DNA of 64,000 nucleotides from Rotaria socialis (taxonomy: Eukaryota): contig CAJNYD010000529.1 in assembly GCA_905331295.1 (NCBI GenBank), forward strand, positions 1 through 64,000. Direction: 5' to 3'. The notes beneath the pieces were generated by a model. The model was given only the letters and a program-made list of their open reading frames with translations. It was not told where the DNA came from and made no database searches. Numbering within the stretch: the first letter of the stretch is position 1; the number at the start of each line of letters is the position of its first letter. This document shows, piece by piece, positions 37,022 to 48,000 of this stretch. Made by a program: the position numbers and the translations under genes.

Positions 37022-38259
37022 TTATATTGATAATGGTCCATACCACCGCATGACCAACATCCGCCATAGCTTTTCTCACTGTTGTTATGTTGAGGTTGAT
37101 GTGAAGCGTATGTTGTGTAATGCTGTTGATGTCGTGGTTGTTGTGACGAATTGTTGTATTGGTGTTGCGGAGAATTGTATTGCTGTTGTGGAATCGAAGA
37201 ATAAGGTTGTTGTTGGATGAAAGGTTGTTGTGTTGTTGTTGTTGCTATATGTCTACGATTATCAAAAGATATGGTAGCTCTCACCTGATTCTTTTCTTCT
37301 TCTTGCCATTTGTCATACTTAATAAGAGCTTGAAGAAATTCTTCCAAAGTGGCAGGACTTTTTAAATCCATATGTAGTTGAGCTGCTGCATTCAGTCCTT
37401 TAGTAAGATGTTTGAGTCGAGTTTCATCATCCATGTATTTATTAACCTTTGAACAAAGTCTTAGAACATTATGACAATAATCAATTGCTAATTCATTTGT
37501 TTGTCGTCGTCGATTGTAAAGCTTTTGTTCCAGTTGAAAATGATCGGTACCAGTTACAAGTTTAAAATAGGTTGTTAATTTATTTTTTAATGTTACCCAA
37601 TCATGAATTGTGTCCTTGTATGTATCATACCATAATTTGTCATTGCCCTTGAGAAGATCAATAACCACCGATAAACGTTGAGCATCGTCTAGTTGAACTT
37701 GATCACACTTGTTACTAAAGTTGTTGATCCAATCTGAGACTTCTTGTGAAGCTGATCCAGTGAATGGAGTAGAATCAAGAAGTTGATTGATTCTTTTAGA
37801 GTGTAGTTGTTTAACAGCTTGTTCCTTAAGACTAGACTCCATATTCATAATAACAGACGATGTTGACTGCCACAATGGAGCTGTTGTTAATGATGATGTT
37901 TTTGTTGGCAGTACATTGTGACATAACGCATTACTTACTTGTATAGCTTCAATTGTTTGAGTAAGATTGTTGATGGTGAACTGTTGTGTTGCCATCTCTT
38001 GGTTAATTTCTTTGTTTTCATCTAGAAGCAAATCTTGTTTAGCCAATAGTCGTTGCATTAATAACATCATTTTATTTGATTGTTGAATATCCATTTGTGC
38101 TTGTTTGTTTTCATCTTGATCATCCATTCGTATCTGTTGTTGTTCGATGTAGGATGGAGATGATCCTCGTCTTACTTTGTGTTCAGAATCAGTTAATGAC
38201 GAAAATTCTTGCTTCTGTGCCATGCTTCGAGTATGATGTTTTCGTTCGTTGTTGTTCAT
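37003..38259 (-). CDS. gag: Gypsy gag, 418 aa
   Basis: Open ORF, capsid-like region, Q-rich linker, CCHC knuckle CWSCGGMDHYQYNC. Confidence 0.92.
   Translation of the reverse strand: MNNNERKHHTRSMAQKQEFSSLTDSEHKVRRGSSPSYIEQQQIRMDDQDENKQAQMDIQQSNKMMLLMQRLLAKQDLLLDENKEINQEMATQQFTINNLTQTIEAIQVSNALCHNVLPTKTSSLTTAPLWQSTSSVIMNMESSLKEQAVKQLHSKRINQLLDSTPFTGSASQEVSDWINNFSNKCDQVQLDDAQRLSVVIDLLKGNDKLWYDTYKDTIHDWVTLKNKLTTYFKLVTGTDHFQLEQKLYNRRRQTNELAIDYCHNVLRLCSKVNKYMDDETRLKHLTKGLNAAAQLHMDLKSPATLEEFLQALIKYDKWQEEEKNQVRATISFDNRRHIATTTTQQPFIQQQPYSSIPQQQYNSPQHQYNNSSQQPRHQQHYTTYASHQPQHNNSEKSYGGCWSCGGMDHYQYNCSKNY
37009..37015 (-). promoter_or_regulatory. -1 ribosomal frameshift slippery site A AAA AAC (gag/pol)
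   Basis: gag reads TCA AAA AAC TAC TAG; pol is open in the -1 frame across the same bases. Confidence 0.8.
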
Positions 38260-38303
38260 GTACGACTCCGGATTACTTACTGTGTTGTTGAATTGTCAGT
38301 AAG

Positions 38304-38319
38304 ATCGGCTAGTGCACCA
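38304..38319 (-). promoter_or_regulatory. Primer binding site TGGTGCACTAGCCG (resembles the complement of a tRNA-Gly 3' end)
   Basis: Begins with TGG 2 nt inside the 5' LTR; tRNA identity is an inference. Confidence 0.7.
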
Positions 38320-38321
38320 AT

Positions 38322-38561
38322 TGTAAGACTTCTTTTCTTATCGGTTGACTATTGTACCCCTTTATTGAAGAAAACACTCCATCATCTATATTGTATGAAA
38401 ACTCAGACAGAGAGATAGTTAGTACAAGAGAGAAAGAGAGAGAGTTAGTACACCGAACAATATATGTTCCTTTGACCTGTGGCAAGAGATATGACGAGAA
38501 AACTGCATAGGAGAAGAATAGAAGTGATGATATGATCTTACGAATGATGAAGATAATAACA
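38322..38561 (-). repeat. 5' LTR (240 bp)
   Basis: Direct repeat of 32895-33140. Confidence 0.95.
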
Positions 38562-38640
38562 AAGCGTTCATATTTTCGCAAATTATTTGTCTCATGGCGA
38601 TGACAAGACTTTTTCGATAAAAAATACAATGTAAGTGAAT

Positions 38641-39718
38641 TCAACTGAATTTGCTTAAAACCACAGAAACGCACGGTGGACACTGTGGACGGTCCATTTT
38701 GCCAGGTGCCTTTGGATCAATCCAACAAAGACGGCAGTAAGGTCGAAAGAATCCACACCCAACTCCATAGCATGGTTCTTCATAATAAACTCCTAAACCT
38801 TCAGCTCTTGTTGGCATCGGCGTTGCCATTGTACAAGAGTTATCCCTAGGCAGTTTACATCGACCATCGTTGAGATCTAGTTTAGGTGGCGGGTGAGGGT
38901 CAGGGTCATTCGAAAAAAATAAATAAATTATCACCGCAATCGTTGCTGATATCATTAGAATAAAGCCAAGTGATAGGATAATTAAACGTTTCCGATTACA
39001 ATAAATTCCTCGAAATTTATTAATTCCAATATTGATGGAGTGCGGTCCAGAATGAATATTTTCTGCTTTTGTGACTGGTGTTACCATTGACATAACTGAT
39101 ATTGGAATATTTGTATTGTTAGTATTAATTTGATGAAGTTCCTGAGTCATATCTTGAGGAAAAAAATGGGTACTTATAAATTATTCACATGTACAATGTA
39201 AAATGAATTTCACACAAACATACGTGAAATATGTGTTGTAGCTATTTTATCATCTTCCATATCTTTCATCAAGTCATCGACAAAACTCGAACCACTACTC
39301 GTTGTAAACTGGAGACAGCGGCTGTTGCTGCTCGTATCAGCTGTAGAAGTCACATTATTGTCAGAGTTCGACGGTGAACGAGTTTTTAATATTCGTTGTT
39401 GAAGTTCTAAAAGATAGCAGACGAAACAGTTAGAAGTCTTTCATGAAACACACATATACCTCTTAAACTCTTCGTTGCTTGATAACATTTGATAGCTTCA
39501 AATGCTGCAATTAAATAGGTAAAGTTTTCTTCCGATATTTTTCTTCGATCGAAAAGTTGTTGAAATATGTTTAATGTGCCGCCAATTGTTGGATCGTCTA
39601 TAATACTTCGTTCAATATCTTCGCTCAAAAGAAACGATAGTTTTTTTCGTTCGTTAGCACCCAAATGATCAAGAATATCGATTAGTACTGTACGAAACTG
39701 TTTGTTTGGCTCATTCAT
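38641..39718 (-). CDS. Type II membrane protein: death effector domain, linker, TM helix, 8-Cys ectodomain; 317 aa, 3 exons
   Basis: Exons 39718-39460, 39406-39224 and 39152-38641 join through two phase-1 GT-AG introns (53 and 71 nt) into a 954-nt open frame. Exon 1 is DED-like (FRTVLIDILDHLGANERKKLSFLL...LNIFQQLFDRRKISEENFTYLIAAFEAI). TM LIILSLGFILMISATIAVIIYLFF follows RKR. The C-terminal module matches the 31665-32257 repeats. Confidence 0.85.
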
Positions 39719-41987
39719 GATGTCGTAGTATTCTGAAAGTGGGTACAGAAAAGAAGAAATCTACATCTTCTATCAATCGAGGAGAGATATAAAATCAGTT
39801 ATCAGTTCTGTGTGAGATCGAATGCTGAGAACTGGAAATAAGGCTTCAACAAAATCTACACATCTTCGTAGAAGAGTATTTTTTCATAGTAGGTACTGCT
39901 CTCAGATTGACGTTAGACTAGGAAGTGCTGCTAAATCAGTATCAACAAAGCAAAGTTTAACCAGAGAAAATAGAGAAAAGAACAATTTATGCTTGTGTCA
40001 GCCTGTCTTCCTCTTTTGTTTGTCCCAGAACTGATTATTCTGGAAGATGTTGTCATCGTTGGACTCGTGCAGGAGAAGAAAAACAAGAAAAAGATATTTA
40101 GAACGTTAACACGATCGTACGACAGATATTTTTAGATGGCAATAGATAAACGAAGGGATATGCATGTGGGAAAATATCAGCAATATCGTAACTCAAGAAT
40201 ATTCATCTACGGAAGGAAGAAAGAGAGATATGCGGGAAACTTCTCGGGCAACATTTCCGTCAATTATTAATTATTTTTATTCTTTCTTATATTTTACTCA
40301 AATAATACTAAATTAAATAAAAATAAAAATCATTTATTAGAATTAAACCTTTATAATTCACGTTGCAACAATCGAAGTTGTTTTCTTCACATGATAAACA
40401 AGAATGTAGAGTTGTTATTCCATTTCTTTCTTCTTTTCTTTGATCATATGATAGTAAAGGATCGAGGAAGAAAACAAATATTTGGAAGTTCTTTTTAATA
40501 ATTTCGTAATTTCAATCAATGAGAGAGATAGACAAGTCGATTTTTTTATGAATGGTTCTTAGTGTTTCGCTTCCAAAACTCATTGTTCATAATAAATGCT
40601 TATTTGTCAAAAAGTCTAATAATAAGATTATCATTACTTGAAGTTAAGTTATAATATTTTATGATAATGATGGTTGAATGATTTTTTTTGGTTCTTTAGA
40701 TTCAATTAATGTATGACAAAAATCGGCTCATGGAAAATAGTTTGAATTCTATAAAAAAAAAAAGCTGGTATGGATGCATTACAGAACAAAGCAAATAATG
40801 TTTCCTTTTTTCCTATATTAATGCAAATCAATATTCGATATTTGATGGCGATTGAAATAATTTTTATTGAATTATTAGAAGCGAAGCAAATATAATCATT
40901 TAATATAGTATTATCAGTTGGATGATTGAGAAGTTTAGTAAAGAAAAGTCGTCAGTTATTTATCTCTTCTATTCTAGACGAAGAATTCCAATATGAACAG
41001 CAGCTAGAAGAGGAATTACACCGAGTATTTTTGAATTTATTTTTATAAATAATCGATTGAAATCAAATTATACCACAAAACCAAGAAGTAGACTCTGATA
41101 CTGAAAAGAAAATGCCATCCGTGATGTTTTAGCACATATTGGATGGAAGAAATAAAATTTGTATTAATACATTTCTACTTCATCTTCACTGTTTATCTCA
41201 ATGAAGACAAGTTGAGGCGCCACGAAACATGTAAGGGATGCGATAAATGGCGCCTAAACTTTCGACCAAATTCAAGATAAACCGCGTGTAAAATAAGTTC
41301 AAAAGACTTACGCTGTACCATTTGAAACTGCCAGAGCTTGAAGCCTAAGCTCGCCAAGATCAAAATTCCTGGCGTCGCAGCTATTCGATTGTTAATTTAC
41401 TCTATATGATGGTATACATAAAAGCAACTTAGCATTGTATAAAATAATATCTTGATAAAACATTCAACAAAGCTCATGGAAGAATAAACAATTTTGTTTC
41501 AGTCTCGTTTCTTATCAACTGCACAGCTGTACTCGGATAAGTAACACTCGAAATTAGCAGTGCAATGATTAACAAAGGAAAAAAGTACACGTATGCATAG
41601 AAAAATGGGAGAGGAGGTTAAAAACCAAATCTTTTTGAAAATATCTCTTCTGTTTGTCTCTTCATGTGTTCGTTTTACTAATCAGCAGATGAATAGTCAT
41701 GTAATTTGTTTTTGTCATATTTATACAAGAAAAATATTATGCGAATAAAAGCAACAAAAAGAAAATACCTGATGATATAGATAATTATTAATGTCCGTGT
41801 AGATAATGTCTAATTCTTACAAAAAAAAACATAGATCGAACGTCTGATGTAAAATTATCGAGTAGGTTGTGCTTGATTCATAAGCTCTCCATATTTTTCG
41901 TTATATTTTCTAGAAATGCCTAATAAGAAAACGTAAGAAATAAAATAAATTTCTTAATTGAATAATATTTCTTTTTTTTTCCTAAAG

Positions 41988-43603
41988 CCATATTGAAGAT
42001 CCGTCAGTTGCATCGAAAATTTACCGAATGAAGTATTTCATGAAATTTTCGATTATCATGGTGGTTATGATATGTATGCAGCATTTTCGAATCTCAATAA
42101 TCGTTTTAAAGATCTTCTAATTAGTTCATCGCTTCTTTTGAACATTCAATTTTCTTCTGAAACGCAATCATTCAATGAATATCGTTATCAAAAATTTATC
42201 ATTCTAAACAAGGATTATATTGTTTCATTTCATTCTTATAATGAATCTATTTTCTGCAAATTTTTGAAAATATATACCATTGACTCATCATTTACTCATC
42301 TTAGATCACTTGTTCTTAAGGAAATTTCAACATTTAAATTAGCAACACTTCTCCTCTATTTAAAACCGTTATGTTGTCTTTTTTCATTGACGATTTGTCT
42401 TGATCAATGTTTTGATGATCTTGGCGATATTTATCCAATTATTTTTCGTTTACCTTTCTTAAAATATGTTAAATAAATAATATCAAAGTATGAAGAATTA
42501 GACATAAATATACCAATTGCTACCAATGAACAACATTCGACGATTGAATATTTGGTTATCCATCATCGTTGTACTCTCAATGAATTTACTGCTATACTTT
42601 CGTATACATCTCAACTTTCTCATCTTTATTGTCTCAATATATCAGAATTAGATGAAATTATTGAACGAAAAGTCTCGACCATCTTGTCTAATTTAGTACA
42701 TTTTAGTTTTTCTTTAAATTATATCGAGTTCGATGAATTTAAAGAGTGCATTATCCAAATATCTTCTTAGTTGAAATTATTGAGTGTTACAATTCAATGT
42801 TTAGACAAGAGTTATTTAGGCGCTAGTCTATGGAAGAAATTAATCTTAGAGCATATGCCTGATCTGAGTAGATTTATTTGATAAGCGTTGTTCTCACTAA
42901 AAAATTATTTTGATCTTTGTTATTAGGGCAACATCAGCTGATTTTCCAAAATATACACATATTGATACATACTCTAATCAAAATACTATTAATGACGGTG
43001 TTATTGGCAATCGACAAAAAGCTGCTATTTCTTATTCTTCAACTGTTAGTTTATTCGTCAGAGATTCTTCTCTCGGCCAAATGAATAAATCATTTATTAA
43101 CAAGATTCGTCCCATATTTGGATATTTGTTGTAGCCAGTTAACTGCTAGTTTATTGATTGAACTTTTTAGTCTATTACCAAACCTCGATTCAGTGCGAAT
43201 ATCACCATTGCCACTATATGAAGATTTCTATAAATCTGATCAGCCTTCAATTATTTCTAAATTTCTTTTGAAAAACAACAAAATTACTAAAGTAGCTCTC
43301 ATAAAGATATCTCAAATTGAAGAAATTGGTTCTATTATTGATATTTGTCCTCGGATGCAACATCTTACATTAGAATGTATTAGTCATGTCAATCTTAAAC
43401 TGCTCGTACGACAAACTTTATCGAAAATTAAGACGAACCGTATTCGTCGTCCAATTACAATTTGTATTTATATTGCAGATGCCAACAATAATATGGTGCA
43501 AGAGTTACAAAAAATGATTCATTCGAAAAAGCTACTCAAGAACTATACATTAAATCGTCAATATGATAGATTTTATTTGCACTGGAACCGGGACAAAGCC
43601 TAA
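41988..43603 (+). pseudogene. F-box / LRR-like protein pseudogene
   Basis: IENLPNEVFHEIFDY...AFSNLNNRF F-box start, LRR-like LxxL repeats, premature stops at 42474 and 42768, C-terminal exon ending FYLHW. Confidence 0.75.
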
Positions 43604-45086
43604 CTCTAGTTTCATCTATTTTGCATGAGGTTTTTTTTATAATAAAATCATGCACAGAATTCAAGATATTCTTTTTATTTTAATAGTCGAAATGAGTGTT
43701 AAATTTTTTGTTCAGAAAAAGACGAATAAATAGATTGAGTTGATCTTGTTTTCGCTATGTTGACTCTCAGACCTAGTCTTTTTTTCATAGAAAGTGCTCG
43801 CCCATAACATCTATTCGATCTGCATAGAGATGAATTTAAATCTTGATGCTTGATCTATTCATTTACGTAGAACTTTCAGAGAGAGAGAAAACCTAGTTAA
43901 GATAGTCCGAGACATAAAAATCGCATCACATTTGGCAATTGTTTTTCGGTGTTTCCATAAATTCTGATTTATCGGAGATTTGACAAATAACTTCAAGAGT
44001 AAGTCTTATTTTGAACAAGAAATTTCTATGAGCACGATGAGAAATGACGGTCGTATTCATGTATAGTTGTTACGAACGAAAATGCTGCCCATTAACAGTA
44101 CACACTATATAATAATGTACGTTTCTATCATTAATGAAGAATTGTTGATACTGAGAGAAGACAGTTTTCTTCGTCAAAACTTGAAAAAGTGTTTCAGTTT
44201 CCGTCAAAAACTTTGCACAACATCTACGCAATTTTTACAGTCGTGTGGTAAAATCTAGTTTTTAGGTTATCGTTCTCTGATGAGTGTGTTCCAAAATCAA
44301 TCGATAACCCCATATTAATCATAAAAAAACGATATAACGATATAATGAAGTGTTTTGACATGAAATAGAATATTCAACAGAATTGTTTTTGATTAGCTAC
44401 GTGACACATAAAACTCAATTGCTAAATATCTATTGAAGCGTGTGGGTATGTTGTCTCAATCCATGCCCACATCCGATAAATGTTTCTACAATAAAAAGTA
44501 GCGATTTCGATTCTTGATCAAAAATAAAATTATGGTTTATTTAACGAGTTATTGAATATGCAGAATTTCTAGGCGCGTATATCAATTTTGTGCTCAGAAC
44601 TACTGTCACAAGAATATTCTTACGCTATAACTGAATCATACGGAGAAGAACAAACCGAATAGTCTAATTGTTTTTCTTTCCCACGATAATTCTAGCATAA
44701 ACATGAGCACTTGCGCTTGAGAAATATACTGGCTATTTTGCTTTGATTCTTAGCACCATCTACTCAATTTGCTCCAGATTGGCTAAATAGTTGAGTCACT
44801 AATAATTTGAGTTGTCGTACATAATATAAAATGAAAACGATGAATCATGAAAGGAATAAAAAAATCCACACTTACGTGGAACAGTTTACATTGAATTTTT
44901 TGTATTTAATCTGAAAAATTGCTTTTATCTTGCTATCGCATTTAGTTATGTTGTTATTATCTAAAGCTCATATTATGCATGTATATACACTGCCAACGAA
45001 GATCGATCGCGATTGTCGACAAATTACTTTTAACTTCAAATAGAAAATAATCATTCAACATTTCTTTCTCTTTTAGCATTATTAAA

Positions 45087-48000
45087 ATGGCTCAAAAGAA
45101 TCCTAAAGGTGGTGGTGGTAGTGTGTCAGCAACAAAACATATCGATAATAATGATATGTTTTTAAAACGAGCTCTAGAAAAATTATTAACTGAAAAAGAT
45201 ATGAAAAAATCATACCATCAACAATTAAAACGTGCATGTGAAGCAGCACTTGGTGCGTTTTCTTCTCTAATGGCTCCATAAAAATATATATTTATTACTT
45301 ATTTTAGCTTCTTTAACAAAAGAACCTCGAACTACAAAGTAAATTCAATCGATATTTGTTTTTTTCTTTTTTTAACTATTTTTCTTTCAGTATTTTATCT
45401 ATTCACGAAACTTATTTTCTTCCGTTTGAATTGGCTTGTACATCAAAGAATTCTCGAATGATCGATACTTCACTGGATTGTCTTCAAGTAAAATTTTGAA
45501 ACATTTCATTAGAAAAAAAACCGACAGTAAGCTCGTGTTTAGAAACTTCTTTTAAATGGTCACGCAATTGGCAATATAAGTGATCCGATCGATTCATCAA
45601 AATTATTAATCGATCGTATTGTATCTGTTATTTGTGCATGTTTTTATGGCATCCAAACTGAAGAAAAAGTTGAATTACAAATAATAAAAATTTGTTTAAC
45701 TATAATGACGTCGCAAACAGTTGAAATTCATCAACGTAGTGTGCTACAAATAGTTAAGACATGTTTTAATATTTATTTAACAAGCCGTTCGAAAATTAAT
45801 GAGGCAACAGCACAAGGTTGTCTTTCACAAATACTTAATGGAATTTTTTCGAAAATGGAACAAAAAATGGTTTGAAATGATTTTGATTTTTTTCTATATT
45901 TGAAAGATGAAATTTTATTTAGAGTTTAGTTAATGAGCGTAAACAAAAAGAAACAATAAGTGTAGTGACAACTGATTATGATGAAGAACAAGTAATTATT
46001 AAAGATATTCTCGATGAACTTGTTGAGAAAATTGTTTATGGTAAGAAACACTCATTTTTATTTTTGACCAATGAAAAATAATATGCAATTCAGATGAAGC
46101 AACACTAGTAGAAACCAATAGTTCATTGTCAAACAACGAAATTATTGAAGATACTCAATCAACACAAGGAGATATCAATGGCGAAATAAGACAGAATGAT
46201 GGAGGTAGGCTATCGGACTTGTTCTTGATAAGAGATTAATGATGATTGACGTTTGTAATTTGATCCGATGCAAAAGAAGTATATTGTTTTTCCTATTCTG
46301 AAAATAAGGAACAATTTATCTTTATTNGTGGAGGTAGGCTATCGGACTTGTTCTTGATAAGAGATTAATGATGATTGACGTTTGTAATTTGATCCGATGC
46401 AAAAGAAGTATATTGTTTTTCCTATTCAGAAAAAAGGAACAATTTATCTTTATTACAATCGAGTCTTCTTAAATAATGAATTTAATTTTGAGAGCATTGA
46501 TCAACTGAATAAATTAGCCCAGATTCTACTGCATATAGGTCACTATGATAAGATTGTCCCAGGTACTGTGTTTGTAGATGAATCCCAATAACCAATGAAA
46601 ACCTTGATTTCTTATCTGCAAAGAGACTTGAAATCTCTAAATTTTGAATATCTCCATATCTACTGCATATAAGTCACTATGATAAGATTGTCCCAGGTAC
46701 TGTGTTTGTAGACGAATCCCAATAACCAATGAAAACCTTGATTTCTTATCTTCAAAGAGACTTGAAATCTCTAAATTTTGAATATCTCCATTCCCCACTC
46801 AACACCGTATCATATCGTGCTGCTTGAATAAATAAAAATTTCGTATAAGCTTTTTTTTGTACTTCTTATTTTGACTTGTCACAATAGAAAACGAGAACCA
46901 TAGTTTTCATTCGATAGACACAGACATTCCTATCTACTTGACGTCACGAGTACCCGTATAATCTAAAGAAAACTTTTTACTAATTCTATTTTTGAAGCTG
47001 GATCTCAAATTTGCCTAAACATTATTTATCCGATAGCTGTCTCATACATGAATCCCATTTAATCTGTGATTTGAATGTATTCAAACTGATAAATATTTGT
47101 TAGTCCAGAAAAGTAATCTGCTTATCATTCGTTAGCTGATAGCAAGAAGACATTTCTTAGTGGTACCAAATTTTAATTTCTCTATATTTAGATTTGCAAT
47201 CGATTGATGAAGCATCATCTATTGGAAAAGTCGTGTCATCTTCATTATCAGCTGATGAAATATCTGCTGATAATTACTTCCGACATGCATATTATGTTTT
47301 TCGTGCCTTATGTAAACTATCTGACCGAGATATTAAAGATAAAGTCAATACAGATCCGAAGTATGCCAAAAATTAAATAAAAAACATGAACATTTCCTTT
47401 TATTCTATAGGACTAATTTGGATCTTAAATCTCGAATATTTTCATTACGTCTAATAATACAAATACTTCAAACATCGGGTCCAATATTTCGTTCATCAGA
47501 AGATTTTCTCCTGATAATCAAAACAAGTTTATGTGTATCATTATCACGTAATGGTGTTTCGTCCATACCTGAACTGTTTGAAATGTCTTTATTTAATTTT
47601 GTTGAATTACTTGACAAATTCAAAGCACATTTAAAAATACAAATTGAAGTAAATGAAATTATCTTTGTTTATAGAAAAAAAAGAGAAGACTTCCATTAAT
47701 TCAAATAGGTTCTATTTCGTGAAATATTCTTAACAATACTCGAAACATCGACTAGTTCATTTCGTCATAAATGGCTTGTTATTCAATCGTTGACAAAAAT
47801 TTGTGCAGGTAATTCAAATTTTTCTAGTGTCGAATGATGTTTTTTTTTTCTTGTTGCATAGATGCTCAAATAATTGTTGATTTATTTATTAATTATGATT
47901 GTTCAATGCGATCTGGAAATGTATTCGAACGTCTTGTAATTGTTCTTTCACGTGCAGCACAAGGTCGACAAGCCGTAGAATTAGGTATGGATATATTCGA

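Larger units (their letters stand above)
32895..38561 (-). mobile_element. Full-length Ty3/Gypsy LTR retrotransposon, pol disabled
   Basis: LTRs 32895-33140 and 38322-38561 (TG...CA), 5-bp TSD AAGCG on both sides, PBS and polypurine tract present, domain order gag, PR-RT-RH-IN. Confidence 0.97.
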
